Shown: one piece after another, positions 46,201 to 55,602 of the stretch
How positions within the stretch are numbered: the stretch's first letter is position 1
How the letters are laid out: every line of letters begins with the position of its first letter
DNA from: an uncultured Craurococcus sp.
GTDB lineage: Bacteria; Pseudomonadota; Alphaproteobacteria; Acetobacterales; Acetobacteraceae
Assembly (NCBI GenBank): GCA_902805545.1
Contig: CADCTD010000040.1
Span: 5,026 to 69,025, forward strand
DNA: 64,000 nt
Direction: 5' to 3'
Program-made: the position numbers and the translations under genes
Notes under the pieces: generated by a model
What the model saw: the letters and a program-made list of their open reading frames with translations, nothing else
Told to the model about the DNA's origin: nothing
Databases searched by the model: none

Positions 46201-46372
46201 TCTCGGCGGAGGCGCCGGGATAGAGCGCCGTCACCTGCACGGTGGGCGGCGCGATCTCGGGATACTCGGCGATCGGCAGGCGCAGCGCGGCCAGCGCGCC
46301 GATCAGGGTGATGGCGATCGACAGCACCGCGGCGAAGACCGGGCGGTCGATGAAAAATCGGGCTAGGCGCAC
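43208..46372 (-). CDS. RND efflux transporter permease (HAE1/AcrB-like)
   Basis: 1054 aa, (V)RLARFFIDRPVFAAVLS N-terminus, 12-TM architecture with two large periplasmic loops. GTG start. Confidence 0.93.
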   Translation of the reverse strand: MRLARFFIDRPVFAAVLSIAITLIGALAALRLPIAEYPEIAPPTVQVTALYPGASAETIAGTVAGPIEQEVNGVDGMLYLSSQSTGDGRVTINVVFRQGIDVDQAQVLVQNRVAIAEPRLPEEVRRLGITVKKASPDLLMVVHLISPDGSRSPDYVSNFATLAIKDRLTRIDGVGDAQVFGARDYAMRVWLDPDRTAARGLSPGDVVQALQRANAQVAAGAIGQAPRAAEAGAFEVSVQAQGRLVSPEQFDEQVVATGAGGAPVRLRDVARTEIGAADYTINALLNNQVATAIVIFQRPGSNALETAAAVRATMEEAAPGFPSGIGYSVVYDPTRFIAQSMEAVLHTFAEAVALVVLVVVLFLQNWRAAVIPLLAIPVSIIGTFGVLLALGFTLNSLTMFGLILAIGIVVDDAIVVVENAERHMAEGLSPLEAARLTMDEVGFALIAIALVLVAVFLPTAFITGIAGAFYKQFAATISVATLLSALVSLTLSPALAALLLKPHGHAPRSRWLMPVGLFFRGFNWLFDRLSLGYGGLTRRLVRLPVLLLLVYGGLLGLTGQTVLSTPTGLIPPLDRGYFIAAFQLPPGASLSRTDAVVRRASDAILATPGVESAVAFVGFDGATFTNAPNTGVVFASLKPFEDRTREGLTGNGILADLQRRLMGDSDAQVLVIPPPPVPGIGTGGGFKLMIQDRAGRGPQALEAATQQVMMAANATPGIAFAFSLFNTATPQIRAEIDRTRAEMLGVPISRVHETMAVYMGSAFVNDFNLLGRTWRVTAQADMQHRMAVEDISRLRTRADDGAMVPLGSLATFRETSGPYRVPRYNLYPAAELQGAALPGVSTGQAIAAMEEVLKTSLPEGFGYEWTELALQERIAGNTAPIAFGFAVVFVFLVLAAMYESWLLPLAVVLIAPMSVLAALLGVRHVGLDNNVLVQVGLVVLVGLAAKNAILIVEFARAAEDEGMSRWDAAVAAARTRLRPILMTSLAFILGVLPLTVATGAGAEMRQSLGVSVFYGMLGVTMFGLVFTPVFYVVARALARRRGRPVEGAAQAARP

Positions 46373-46399
46373 GGCACGAGGCCTTTCAGCAAGGAGGCG

Positions 46400-47596
46400 T
46401 TATTGCGCGGAGGCGATCGGGCTCGGGCCGATGCGGCCCTGCTCGGTGGCGACCTTGGCGCCAGGCCGGGCACGGTGCAGCCCGCCGATGATCACCCGGT
46501 CGTCCGGCCCCAGGCCGCTGCGGACGACGCGCAGCCCGTCCACCAGCGGGCCGAGTTGCACCGTGCGCGGCGCGACCGTGCCGTCCGGCGCCACGGTCAG
46601 CAGCATGCGGCCGGACTGGTCGGCGGTGACGGCGGCATCCGGCACCATCAGCGCCGGCGCCTCGCCGGCCTGGAGGCGCAGGCGGGCGAAGCTGCCCGGC
46701 GTCAGGAACAGGTCCGGGTTCGGCACCACGGCGCGGCCGCGGATGGTGCCGCTGCGCGCGTCGAAGGCGGTGTCCACGAAGTCGAGCCGCCCTTCATGGC
46801 CGTACTCCCCCTCGTCCAGCAGGCGGAGCTGCACCGTGGCGCTGCCCTCGCGCAACCCGCCCCGCGCCGCCCGGGCGAAGCGGAGATACTGCGCCTCACT
46901 CGCATCGAAGGTGGCGTAGACCGGGTCCAGGGTCAGCAGCGTCGTCATCAGCGTGGTGCCCTGCTGCACCAGGTTGCCGGCATCGACGCGGCGGTCGCTG
47001 ATGCGGCCCGGCCGCGGCGCGCGGATCTCGGTCCATTCCAGCTCCAGCTCCGCCTGGTGCAGGGCGGCGCGGGCGGCGGCGATGCCTGCCTGCGCCTCGC
47101 GCAGCGTGCTGCGGCGGGTGTCCATCTCGGATTCCGGCGCGAAGCGCTGCTGCACCAGCGGCGTGTAGCGCTGCACCTGCTGCTCGGCGAGGGTCAGGCG
47201 TGCCTCGTTGCGGGCCAGCTCGGCGCGGGCGGTGTCGACCGCGATCCGGAAGGGCCGCTGGTCGATGGTGAAGAGCAGGTCGCCGGTCCGCACCAGCACG
47301 CCGTCGCGGAAATGCACCTCCGCCACCTGGCCCGAGACCCGCGGGCGGATCTCGACCCGGGCCGAGGGCTCGATGCGGGCCGTGTGCTCGTCCCATTCGG
47401 TGATCTGGCGCGCGAGCGGGGTGGCGACGACGACGCCCAGGGCTGGCGGGCCGCCCTGGGCAAGGGCCGGGGCGGACAGGCCGGTGCCGGCGATCAAGGC
47501 AAGGGTGGAGGGGGCAGGAAGGGTCCGGGCCAGCCAGCCGAGCCAAGGGCTTGTACCCTTTGTCGCGACAGGGGCCTTGCGGGGATCGGGGAGCAT
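46400..47596 (-). CDS. RND efflux periplasmic adaptor (membrane fusion protein)
   Basis: Signal/anchor, coiled-coil hairpin (ARAELARNEARLTLAEQQ...) and beta-barrel segments. 27 nt upstream of the RND gene. Confidence 0.9.
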   Translation of the reverse strand: MLPDPRKAPVATKGTSPWLGWLARTLPAPSTLALIAGTGLSAPALAQGGPPALGVVVATPLARQITEWDEHTARIEPSARVEIRPRVSGQVAEVHFRDGVLVRTGDLLFTIDQRPFRIAVDTARAELARNEARLTLAEQQVQRYTPLVQQRFAPESEMDTRRSTLREAQAGIAAARAALHQAELELEWTEIRAPRPGRISDRRVDAGNLVQQGTTLMTTLLTLDPVYATFDASEAQYLRFARAARGGLREGSATVQLRLLDEGEYGHEGRLDFVDTAFDARSGTIRGRAVVPNPDLFLTPGSFARLRLQAGEAPALMVPDAAVTADQSGRMLLTVAPDGTVAPRTVQLGPLVDGLRVVRSGLGPDDRVIIGGLHRARPGAKVATEQGRIGPSPIASAQ

Positions 47597-47621
47597 CGCT
47601 TATCTCCGGGGCCGGGAATGT

Positions 47622-47662
47622 TACCGACCGGTTCGTCCCATATAGTAAGTGACCGGTCGGTA
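47622..47662. promoter_or_regulatory. 11-bp perfect inverted repeat, likely TetR operator in the divergent promoter region
   Basis: TACCGACCGGT-N19-ACCGGTCGGTA, centred on a TATAGT/ACTATA box. Lies between the MFP start (47596) and the TetR start (47723). Confidence 0.5.
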
Positions 47663-47722
47663 TCATCAAGGGCTTATTTTGCGGTGCCGCATGGTTCCGG
47701 CATCGCGAGAATGGGAGTGATC

Positions 47723-48322
47723 ATGTCCAGCGCGACCGCCGAGAGGCCGAAAGCCGCCCAGCGCATCCACAGCGCGGCCAAGGACCTGTTCCACCGCCAG
47801 GGCATCCGTGCGACCGGGATCGAGGAGGTCTGCCGTGTCGCCGAGGCGACCAAGATGAGCCTCTACCGCACCTATCCCAGCAAGGATGCGCTGGTCGCCG
47901 CCATCCTCGACGAGGATGCCGCGGCCTATGACGCCTGGTTCGCCGAGGCGACGGCCGCAGCCGCGACGCCGGCGGAGAAGCTGCGCGCGGTGATCTCCGC
48001 CGTCGCCGACAAGCTGGACAGGCCGGACTATTGCGGCTGCCCGCTGTTGCTGGCCCAGGCCGAATTCCGCGACCCCGGCCACCCGACCTTTCGCCTCGTC
48101 GCCACCCACAAGGCGCATATCCGCGACCAGCTCGCCGGGCTGGCGCGCGAGGCCGGCGCCGCCGACCCGGTGCTGCTCGGCGACATGCTCGCCATGCTGA
48201 TCGACGGCGCCTGGTGCAGCCTGCCCTATATGGGCGGCCCGCAGGCCGCCGCCGTGCTGCGGCAGAGCGCGGCGGCGGTCCTGGAGCAGGATCGCCGGAG
48301 GCTGGAAGGGCCGGAGGCGTGA
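47723..48322 (+). CDS. TetR/AcrR family transcriptional regulator
   Basis: HTH GIRATGIEEVCRVAEATKMSLYRTYPSKDAL, with a GGGAG RBS. Divergent from the RND operon. Confidence 0.88.
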   Translation: MSSATAERPKAAQRIHSAAKDLFHRQGIRATGIEEVCRVAEATKMSLYRTYPSKDALVAAILDEDAAAYDAWFAEATAAAATPAEKLRAVISAVADKLDRPDYCGCPLLLAQAEFRDPGHPTFRLVATHKAHIRDQLAGLAREAGAADPVLLGDMLAMLIDGAWCSLPYMGGPQAAAVLRQSAAAVLEQDRRRLEGPEA

Positions 48323-48510
48323 TTCAGGCGACGAAGCGACAAGCCTGACCGGTCCCGCCCATCTACGGCACGCGTGAGGCCGGCCTGGCCGCTTTCGGGA
48401 AGCCCGCCTGAGGCGGGCATCACCCGGCGGTCCCCCCGTACCTCCGCGCCGACCATTCCACTCCCATCCCCGGCCTGGGGCCCCCGCCCGCGCCATGGCA
48501 GTCTCCCGCC

Positions 48511-49845
48511 ATGTCGATTCCCCGCCGCTCCGTCCTCGCCCTTCCCTTCCTGGCCGGCATCGCCCGCGCCCAGTCCCCGGCCGTGCCGCCCCCCGTCCTC
48601 CTCCTGCACGGCAATGGCGACCATGCCGCGCTCTGGCAGACGACGCTCTGGCGCTTCGAGTCCAATGGCTGGCCGCGCGAGCATCTCCGCGCGGTGAACT
48701 TCCCCGACCCGCTGGCCCGCGACGACGACGCCGTGCCGCAGCCGATGCGCAGCAGCAGCACCGAGCAGACCGAGCGCCTGGCGGAGTTCGTCCGCACCCT
48801 CCGCGCCGAGACCGGCGCCGCCCGCATCGCGCTGGCCGGCAACAGCCGCGGCGGCAACCCGATCCGCGACTTCACCGTGCAGCAGGGCGGCGCCTCGCAG
48901 ATCTCCCACGCCGTGCTCTGCGGCACGCCCAATCGCGGCGTGATGGACTGGCCCGAGCGCGCCGGCAACGAGTTCAACAGCCGCGGGCCCTTCCTCAGCC
49001 GCCTCAATGCCGGGCCGGGCGACGTGGTGGCGGAGACCGCCTTCCTCACCCTCCGCAGCGACGGCAACGACCTCTACGCCCAGCCCCGCGCCATCTGGTC
49101 GCAGACGCCGGACCGGCCGACCGGCACCGATGTCGACGGGCCCGAGCTGCGCGGCGCCACCAACCTCGTCCTCCCCGGGCTCGACCACCGCGAGGTCGCC
49201 TATCACGCCCGCGCCTTCGCCGAGATGGCCCGCTTCATCGCCGGCCGCGCCCCCTCCCGCATCGCCGTCCTGCCCGAGGCGCGGCCGGTGCTCGACGGCC
49301 TCGTCACCGGCACCCCCGGCGGGGTGCAGACCAACCGCCCGGTCGAGGGCGCCGTCGTCGAGGTCTTCCGCACCGATCCCGAGACCGGCGCCCGGATGGG
49401 CGAGGCCGTCCACCGCCGCACCACCGCCGCCGACGGGCGCTGGGGCCCGGTGACGGTGGAGCCGGGCTGGACGCTCGAGGTGGTCGTCGCCGCCCCCGGC
49501 CACCCGGTCACCCATGTCTACCGCTCGCCCTTCCCGCGCTCCTCCGCGGTGATGCATCTCCGCCCCGCCCGCCCGCTGACCGAGGCCGACCGCGCCGCCG
49601 GCGGCGTGCTGCTCTTCACCCGCCCGCGCGGCTATTTCTGCCTGCCGCGCGACACCATCCTGCTCGACGGCAGGACCCCCGGCGACATCCCGCAGGGCAT
49701 CGCCCGAACGGCCACGGCGACCCTCCGCCTGCCCGCCGCCGAGCTCGGCCGCCCCATCCCCGCCCTCTTCAACGACGAGCGCATCGTCGCCCGCGCCTGG
49801 CCCGCCGCCGAGGGGCGCATTGCCGTCGCCGAACTCACCTGGTAG
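48511..49845 (+). CDS. secreted alpha/beta hydrolase (lipase class 2-like) with C-terminal beta-rich domain
   Basis: Signal peptide MSIPRRSVLALPFLAGIARAQS, HGNGDH, and GNSRGG (GxSxG). Confidence 0.7.
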   Translation: MSIPRRSVLALPFLAGIARAQSPAVPPPVLLLHGNGDHAALWQTTLWRFESNGWPREHLRAVNFPDPLARDDDAVPQPMRSSSTEQTERLAEFVRTLRAETGAARIALAGNSRGGNPIRDFTVQQGGASQISHAVLCGTPNRGVMDWPERAGNEFNSRGPFLSRLNAGPGDVVAETAFLTLRSDGNDLYAQPRAIWSQTPDRPTGTDVDGPELRGATNLVLPGLDHREVAYHARAFAEMARFIAGRAPSRIAVLPEARPVLDGLVTGTPGGVQTNRPVEGAVVEVFRTDPETGARMGEAVHRRTTAADGRWGPVTVEPGWTLEVVVAAPGHPVTHVYRSPFPRSSAVMHLRPARPLTEADRAAGGVLLFTRPRGYFCLPRDTILLDGRTPGDIPQGIARTATATLRLPAAELGRPIPALFNDERIVARAWPAAEGRIAVAELTW

Positions 49846-49858
49846 GCCGCGCCGCGGC

Positions 49859-49887
49859 TTGACAATGATGGCGCTCGCAATCATAGT
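49859..49887 (+). promoter_or_regulatory. sigma70-like promoter TTGACA-N17-CATAGT upstream of the TetR-MFS operon
   Basis: The spacer contains an imperfect inverted repeat (ATGAT...ATCAT) that could be the auto-operator. Confidence 0.4.
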
Positions 49888-49904
49888 GACGGACGGAGGT
49901 GGCG

Positions 49905-50474
49905 ATGCGCGTCAGCAAGGCCCAGGCGGCGGAGAACCGGGCGAGGATCCTCGCCGAAGCATCGCGCATCATCCGCGAGACCGGCATCGCCGGCGCCGGC
50001 GTCGATGCGCTGACCCGCGCGGCCGGCCTCACCCATGGCAGCCTCTACAGCCAGTTCGGCTCCAAGGAGCGACTGGTGGCCGAGGCGCTGGAGACCGCCT
50101 CCGCCGCCAGCGGCTTGAAGCAGGAGCGGGATCTGGTGCCCGGCGGCGGCATCGGCCGCTTCGCTGCCCGCTACCTCTCGCCCGACCACCGCGACCGGCC
50201 CGGCCAGGGCTGCGCCCTCGCCGCCATCGGACCCGAGGCGGCCCGCCAGGGCGAGCCCGTCCGGGCCGCCTATACCGGGGGCGTCCGCCGCATGGCCGCC
50301 CGCCTCACCGCGGCCCTGCCGGAGGGCACGCTTGACCGCGAGCAGGCGGCGCTCGCCGCCCTCGCCACCCTGGTCGGCGCGCTGATCCTCGCCCGCGCGG
50401 TGGACGACCCTGCGCTCTCCGACTGCATCCTCGCCGCCGGCGTGGACCACCTCTCCGCCCCCGGCCAGGAGTAG
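49905..50474 (+). CDS. TetR/AcrR family transcriptional regulator
   Basis: HTH GIAGAGVDALTRAAGLTHGSLYSQFGSKERL. The ATG lies 5 nt after GGAGG. The track start at 49899 is a GTG inside the RBS. Confidence 0.85.
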   Translation: MRVSKAQAAENRARILAEASRIIRETGIAGAGVDALTRAAGLTHGSLYSQFGSKERLVAEALETASAASGLKQERDLVPGGGIGRFAARYLSPDHRDRPGQGCALAAIGPEAARQGEPVRAAYTGGVRRMAARLTAALPEGTLDREQAALAALATLVGALILARAVDDPALSDCILAAGVDHLSAPGQE

Positions 50475-50480
50475 CGCCCC

Positions 50481-51776
50481 ATGCTCGCCGCCAGCCTTGC
50501 CCCCGCGCTCGCCCGCCGCGGGATCCATTACGCATGGGTCATGGTGGCGCTCACCTTCCTGGTCTCGCTCACCTCCGCCGGCGCCATGGGCATCCTCGGC
50601 GCGCTGCTGCTGCCGCTGCAGCGGGAATATGCGTGGGAGACCGGCGCCATCTCCGGGGCGCTGGCCCTGCGGCTGCTGCTCTTCGGGCTGATGGCGCCCT
50701 TCGCCGCCGCCCTGCTCCAGCGCTACGGCCTCCGCCGCATGGTGCTGGCCGCGCTCTCCCTCGTGCTGGCCGGCTGCCTGCTCTCGCTGCGGATGACCTC
50801 CATCTGGCACCTCTGGCTGTGCTGGGGCGTGCTGACCGGGCTCGGGACGGGGATGACCGCCCTCGTCCTCGGCGCGACGGTCGCCAACCGCTGGTTCGTC
50901 CAGCGCCGCGGCCTGGTGCTCGGCATCCTGACCGCGGCCAACGCCACCGGCCAGCTCGCCTTCCTGCCGCTCGCCGCCTGGCTGGCGCAGAACGAGGGCT
51001 GGCGCATCGCCTTGCTTCCCGGCCTCGCCGCCTGCGCCCTCTCCGGCCTGCTGATGTGGCTCCTCGGCCGCGACCACCCGGCGGATCTCGGCCTCAACGC
51101 CTATGGCGAGACCGCCACGGCCGTCGCCCCGCGCCCCGCCCCCCCGGCCGGCAATGCCGTGCGCAACGCCTTCGCCGCCCTCGCCGACGCCGCGCAGACC
51201 CGCACCTTCTGGATCCTCTTCGTCACCTTCCTGATCTGCGGCCTCTCCACCAACGGACTGATCCAGACCCACTTCATCCCGCTCTGCGCGGATTTCGGCA
51301 TGGCCGAGGTCGAGGCCGCCTCCGTGCTCGCCATGATGGGCGCCTTCGACTTCGTCGGCACCATCGCCTCCGGCTGGCTGTCGGACCGCTACGACAACCG
51401 CAAGCTCCTCTTCTGGTACTACGGCCTGCGCGGCCTCTCGCTGCTCTTCCTGCCGATGAGCAGCTTCTCGCTCTACGGCCTCTCGCTCTTCGCCGTATTC
51501 TACGGCCTCGACTGGATCGCGACGGTCCCGCCCACGGTGAAGCTCGCCGGCCAGGCCTTCGGGCGGGAGCGCGCGCCGCTGGTCTTCGGCTGGATCTTCA
51601 CCGCGCACCAGCTCGGCGCCGCCATCGCCGCCCTCGGCGCCGGCCTCAGCCGCGATGCGCTGGCCAGCTACCTGCCCGCCTTCTACCTCGCCGGCGCCGC
51701 CTGCCTGGTCGCGGCCCTGCTGGCGCTGGCGATCCGGCGCCCCCTGCGCCCCGCCGCGGTGCCGGCCGCCGCCTGA
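50481..51776 (+). CDS. MFS transporter
   Basis: 431 aa, about 12 TM helices. Begins 6 nt after the TetR stop. Confidence 0.88.
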   Translation: MLAASLAPALARRGIHYAWVMVALTFLVSLTSAGAMGILGALLLPLQREYAWETGAISGALALRLLLFGLMAPFAAALLQRYGLRRMVLAALSLVLAGCLLSLRMTSIWHLWLCWGVLTGLGTGMTALVLGATVANRWFVQRRGLVLGILTAANATGQLAFLPLAAWLAQNEGWRIALLPGLAACALSGLLMWLLGRDHPADLGLNAYGETATAVAPRPAPPAGNAVRNAFAALADAAQTRTFWILFVTFLICGLSTNGLIQTHFIPLCADFGMAEVEAASVLAMMGAFDFVGTIASGWLSDRYDNRKLLFWYYGLRGLSLLFLPMSSFSLYGLSLFAVFYGLDWIATVPPTVKLAGQAFGRERAPLVFGWIFTAHQLGAAIAALGAGLSRDALASYLPAFYLAGAACLVAALLALAIRRPLRPAAVPAAA

Positions 51777-51811
51777 CCGCCGATGCAGGGGCAACCGCCC
51801 GGACCGCGACC

Positions 51812-52366
51812 TCAGCGCGACGCCGCCAGCCCCGCGATCGTGTCGGCGAGCTGGCCGAGCGCCGCGCTCATAGCCGCGACGAGCGCCTGCATCCCTTCGC
51901 CGGCGAGCGGCACCTCGACGCGCTGCACCCGCGCCGCCCGCGTCGCCCCGCCTGGCGGCCGCAGGGCGAATTGCGCGAGCAGCACCACCTGCGGCCCCGG
52001 CCCGGCCTCGAAGCGCTGGATCTCCGTCTCGATGATGAGCCCCGCCTCGCCGCGCAGCGCCCCCGTCTCGGTCAGCACCGTGCTGCCGGCGAGGCGCTGC
52101 ATCAGGTCCTCCGCCAGCACCCGCGTCACCATGTCGCTGAAGGGCTCGGCCCAGCGCGCGCCGAGCGCCTGCAGCCTGGAATCCGCCAACGCCCGGATGA
52201 TCTGCGAGCGGTCGAGATAGGCTGGCACCCCGACCCGCCGCAGCTCGATCAGCCCCGGCGCCCCGGCACGCACCGGCCCCGGCACCGCGACCAACCGGTA
52301 GAGCTCCGGATCGGGCGAGGCGCAGCCGGCCAGGGCCAGCCCCGCAAGCAAGGCACGACGACGCAT
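51812..52366 (-). CDS. pqiC: PqiC-family lipoprotein (ABC-type transport auxiliary component, DUF330)
   Basis: Lipobox LALAGC. The ATG at 52366 overlaps the pqiB stop (TGATG). Alternative GTG start at 52369. Confidence 0.75.
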   Translation of the reverse strand: MRRRALLAGLALAGCASPDPELYRLVAVPGPVRAGAPGLIELRRVGVPAYLDRSQIIRALADSRLQALGARWAEPFSDMVTRVLAEDLMQRLAGSTVLTETGALRGEAGLIIETEIQRFEAGPGPQVVLLAQFALRPPGGATRAARVQRVEVPLAGEGMQALVAAMSAALGQLADTIAGLAASR

Positions 52367-54057
52367 CACGGCGCACTCCCCCGGTCGGTGCGGCCCCGGA
52401 TCAGCGCCTCCGGGTGCCGGTCCAGCAGGTCGGCCAGCAGCCGCACGGAGCGCGCCGCGTCATTCGCCTGGTCCAGCACCCGCGCGACCTGCCGGTTGAT
52501 CTCGCTCTGCGCGCCATAGCCCCGCTCGATCGAGGCCATGGCGCTGGACGCCCGCCCGACCGCCTGGTCGAGATTGCTCGCAATCCCCGGCAGCCGCCGC
52601 AGCAGCGGCGCGAGCCCCTCATCTGCCCGGCGCAGCAGCCCCTGCGCCTGGTCGAGCACGCCCGCTAGCCCCTGCACCGCCCCGCGCAGCTCCGGGCTGC
52701 CCGCCAGCGCATTCGCCGAGCCGAGGACGCCGTTCAGGTTCCGCCCGATCTCGTCGAAGGGAATCTGCTGCAGCTTGCCCGCGATGCCGCCGAAGCTGGC
52801 GAGCACGCTGTCCGCCCCCATCGTCGGCATGACGATCTCATCGCCTACCAGCCGCACCTCGTCCGGCGGCGCATCGGGGAAGAAGTCGAAGGCGATCACC
52901 ACCTGCCCCGTCACGTAGCTCACCGTCTGCAGCCGCCCGCGCAGCCCGTTGGCGACCATCCGCCGGGCGAAGGCGATCACCTCGTCCTGGCTCCGCCCCG
53001 CCCGGCCCGAGGGATAGGCGATGCGGTCCGGCTCGATGGCGATGTGCACCGGGACGCGGAAGGTATCCGTCGTCTGGTCGTACTCCAGGGTGCGGTCGAG
53101 CACGCTGCCGATTCGCAGGCCGCGCATCTCCACCGGCGTCCCCACCTCGATGCCCCGCACGGATTCATTGAAGTAGAGCAGGAAGACCAGCCGGTCCTTG
53201 GTGGTGGCGGAGACCGCTGCCTCGAGACTGTCGTAAAGCTCGAAACGCGTCGCATCCGGCGCCGGCGGCTCGTCGCGCAGCTCATGCGGCGTGTCGAAGG
53301 CGATGCCGCCGGCGAGCAGCGCGCGCAGGCTCTCGAGCTCCACCTTCACCCCCGACCCGCCGAAGCCGATGGTCACGCCGGAGATGTTCCAGAAGCGCGA
53401 CCCCTCGCGCAGATAGCCGTCGAAGGGCGCGCGGACGAAGGCCTGGACGGAGACATTCCCGTCGAGCCCCGGCGGGTCGATGTCGATGATCTCGCCGACG
53501 GTCACGTCGCGGAAGAAGACCGGCGAGCCGCGATCGAGCGACCCCACGCGCCTTGCCTGCAGGGTGAAGACCCGCCCCGGCTCGTCCGAGCGCACGCCCG
53601 GCGGATTCTCGAGGCCACTGAATTCGCGCCGCGCCGCCCCCTCCCCGCCCGGGTCGAATTCGATATAGGCGCCGGAGACGATGGTCTCGAGGCCGGAGAC
53701 GTTGCCCGCCGTCAGCCGCGGCCGCACCACCCAGAAGCGCGCCGCCTCGGTCAGCCGCCCCTCCACCGTCCGCGTCATGCGCAGCCGCACCTGCACCTGC
53801 TGCAGGTCGCCCGAGAGCTCGATGCCCTCCACCGTGCCGACCTGCACCGCCTTGTAGCGCACCTGGGTCTGCCCCGCGGTCAGCCCCGCCGCATCGCGGA
53901 AGGTGACGGTGACGAGCGGCCCGCGGTCCGAATAGGTCCGCCAGCCGAGATAGCCGGCGATGAGGATCGCCACCAGCGGCACCAGCCAGATCGGCGAGAT
54001 GCGTCGGCGGCGGCGCCGCAGCTCCGCCTCGGCCGCGCTGTCATGGGCCCCGCTCAT
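52366..54057 (-). CDS. pqiB: intermembrane transport protein PqiB (multi-MCE/MlaD domain)
   Basis: N-terminal TM (ISPIWLVPLVAILIAGYL), then repeated MCE domains (VRYKAVQVGTVEGIEL and others). ATGA overlap with the pqiA stop. Confidence 0.88.
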   Translation of the reverse strand: MSGAHDSAAEAELRRRRRRISPIWLVPLVAILIAGYLGWRTYSDRGPLVTVTFRDAAGLTAGQTQVRYKAVQVGTVEGIELSGDLQQVQVRLRMTRTVEGRLTEAARFWVVRPRLTAGNVSGLETIVSGAYIEFDPGGEGAARREFSGLENPPGVRSDEPGRVFTLQARRVGSLDRGSPVFFRDVTVGEIIDIDPPGLDGNVSVQAFVRAPFDGYLREGSRFWNISGVTIGFGGSGVKVELESLRALLAGGIAFDTPHELRDEPPAPDATRFELYDSLEAAVSATTKDRLVFLLYFNESVRGIEVGTPVEMRGLRIGSVLDRTLEYDQTTDTFRVPVHIAIEPDRIAYPSGRAGRSQDEVIAFARRMVANGLRGRLQTVSYVTGQVVIAFDFFPDAPPDEVRLVGDEIVMPTMGADSVLASFGGIAGKLQQIPFDEIGRNLNGVLGSANALAGSPELRGAVQGLAGVLDQAQGLLRRADEGLAPLLRRLPGIASNLDQAVGRASSAMASIERGYGAQSEINRQVARVLDQANDAARSVRLLADLLDRHPEALIRGRTDRGSAP

Positions 54058-55361
54058 CGCCGGCGCTCCTCCGCCGCATCCCACATCAGCCGCGGGTCGA
54101 AGGCCTCCGCCGCGAGGATGGTCAGGACCACGACGCCGGCGAAGAAGGCTGCCCCGAGCCCGGCATTGATCGAGGCGACGCTGCCGAAGCGCACCAGCGC
54201 GATGAGCACCGAGACGACGAAGATATCGATCATCGACCACCGCCCGATCGCCTCGACGACGCGGTAGAGCCGCGTCTTGCCGATGAGCCCGGTCTCGGAG
54301 CGGCGATGGATGCCGAGCAGCATGATGGCGAGGCCGATCAGCTTCAGCAGCGGCACCGCGACGCTGGCGAGGAAGACGACGAGGGCGAGCGGCCAGAACC
54401 CCGCCTCGACGAATTCCCACGCCCCGCCGAGGATGGTGTGCGGCCCGCCGCGGCCGAAGGTGACGACCTCCATCACCGGGTAGGCATTGGCCGGGATGTA
54501 GAGCACGACGGCGGCGAGGATCAGCGCCCAGCTCCGCGCCACGCTGTTCGGCTTGCGCATGCGCAGCGGCGCGTCGCAGCGCAGGCACCCGTCACCGGCC
54601 CGAGCCGGCACCACCGCCCGGCAGCAATCGCAGCCGATCAGCCCCAGGCCGCCCGGCGCCCCCCGCTCCGGCGCAGTCATTGCCCCGCGCGCCTTCTGCG
54701 CGACCACTGCCCCACGCGCGTTCTGCGCGACCGCCCCGCGCGCCTCGAGCGCCTCCCACACCTGGTCCGCATCGAGCCGTGCATTCAGCGCCACCTGGGC
54801 GAGGGCCAGCGCCGCCAGGCCATAGGCCGCCGGCCCGATCTCCACCTGCGCCAGGTCCGCGAGCCGCGTGTAGGAGACGAGCACGCCGAAGAGGAAGACC
54901 TCGAGCATCGCCCACTGCCCGATCCGCTCATGCCAGCGGAAGGGCAGGTAGAGCCAGCGGGGCGCCTCCCGCGTCCGGAGGCCGACCAGCACCGTCAGCA
55001 GCAGCAGCAGCCGCATCAGCGGCACCGCCACCAGCGTCAGCAGCACCAGCACGGTGAGCATCCCGTAGCCGTCCTGCAGGAAGGCGAAGGCCCCCGTCTC
55101 CACATGGCTGGAACGCACCTGCCCGAGGAGCTGCATCCCGATGAAGGGCATCGTCATCGTCACCGCATAGAGCACCATCCCGGCGATGCAGAGGGCGAGC
55201 GGCACTTCCAGCGAGGGCTCTGCATGCCGCCGCAGCACCGTCTCGCAGCGCGGGCAGCGCGCCTCCTCCCCGCGGGAGAGCGGGCCGATCCGCACCATGT
55301 AGCCGCAGCCATCGCATTCCCGGAGGGTCCGGGGCGGCTCGGTCGCAGAAGCCGCGGTCAC
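54054..55361 (-). CDS. pqiA: paraquat-inducible protein A (two PqiA repeats)
   Basis: Two Cys4 zinc-finger-like motifs (CDGCG..CPRC and CDCC..CLRC), each followed by TM bundles. Confidence 0.88.
   Translation of the reverse strand: MTAASATEPPRTLRECDGCGYMVRIGPLSRGEEARCPRCETVLRRHAEPSLEVPLALCIAGMVLYAVTMTMPFIGMQLLGQVRSSHVETGAFAFLQDGYGMLTVLVLLTLVAVPLMRLLLLLTVLVGLRTREAPRWLYLPFRWHERIGQWAMLEVFLFGVLVSYTRLADLAQVEIGPAAYGLAALALAQVALNARLDADQVWEALEARGAVAQNARGAVVAQKARGAMTAPERGAPGGLGLIGCDCCRAVVPARAGDGCLRCDAPLRMRKPNSVARSWALILAAVVLYIPANAYPVMEVVTFGRGGPHTILGGAWEFVEAGFWPLALVVFLASVAVPLLKLIGLAIMLLGIHRRSETGLIGKTRLYRVVEAIGRWSMIDIFVVSVLIALVRFGSVASINAGLGAAFFAGVVVLTILAAEAFDPRLMWDAAEERRR
54681..54745 (-). repeat. 27-nt in-frame tandem repeat (2 full copies plus a partial copy) in the pqiA inter-repeat linker
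   Basis: tgccccgcgcgccttctgcgcgaccac followed by tgccccacgcgcgttctgcgcgaccgc, encoding ARGAVAQN/ARGAVVAQK/ARGA. Confidence 0.85.
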
Positions 55362-55602
55362 CGCGTGGCCCGTGCCGGGGCGGGGAGGGTCTCGGGTCGG
55401 GATCGCGGACGCATCATGGGCAGCCTGGGCAGGAGGATCGGCAGGCGAACGGTTCGGCCCCGTAGGAGTTGCAGCAGGGCGGCCGCCTGAACCTTTTGGT
55501 TACTATTCCTCACCCTGTGCGCGCGGAGCAAGCCTGCGGGAGGCGAGGAGGATGCGGCCGGGCGGCAGGCCGGACCATGACCCGCAGGCCGGCGATCATG
55601 GG

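Noticed and set aside
43073-46366. 1097-aa plus-strand ORF opposite the RND permease; similar cases at 49881-52376 (-), 61439-63967 (-) and 3088-5022 (+)
   Set aside because: These are mirror frames of strongly supported genes. They are extremely R/H/D/G/E-rich and overlap the tRNA or several genes.
55446-55456. Palindrome CGAACGGTTCG upstream of pqiA as a LexA site
   Set aside because: The GAAC and GTTC halves are inverted and adjacent, not direct repeats spaced by 7 nt. It may bind some regulator, but there is no basis for calling it an SOS box.
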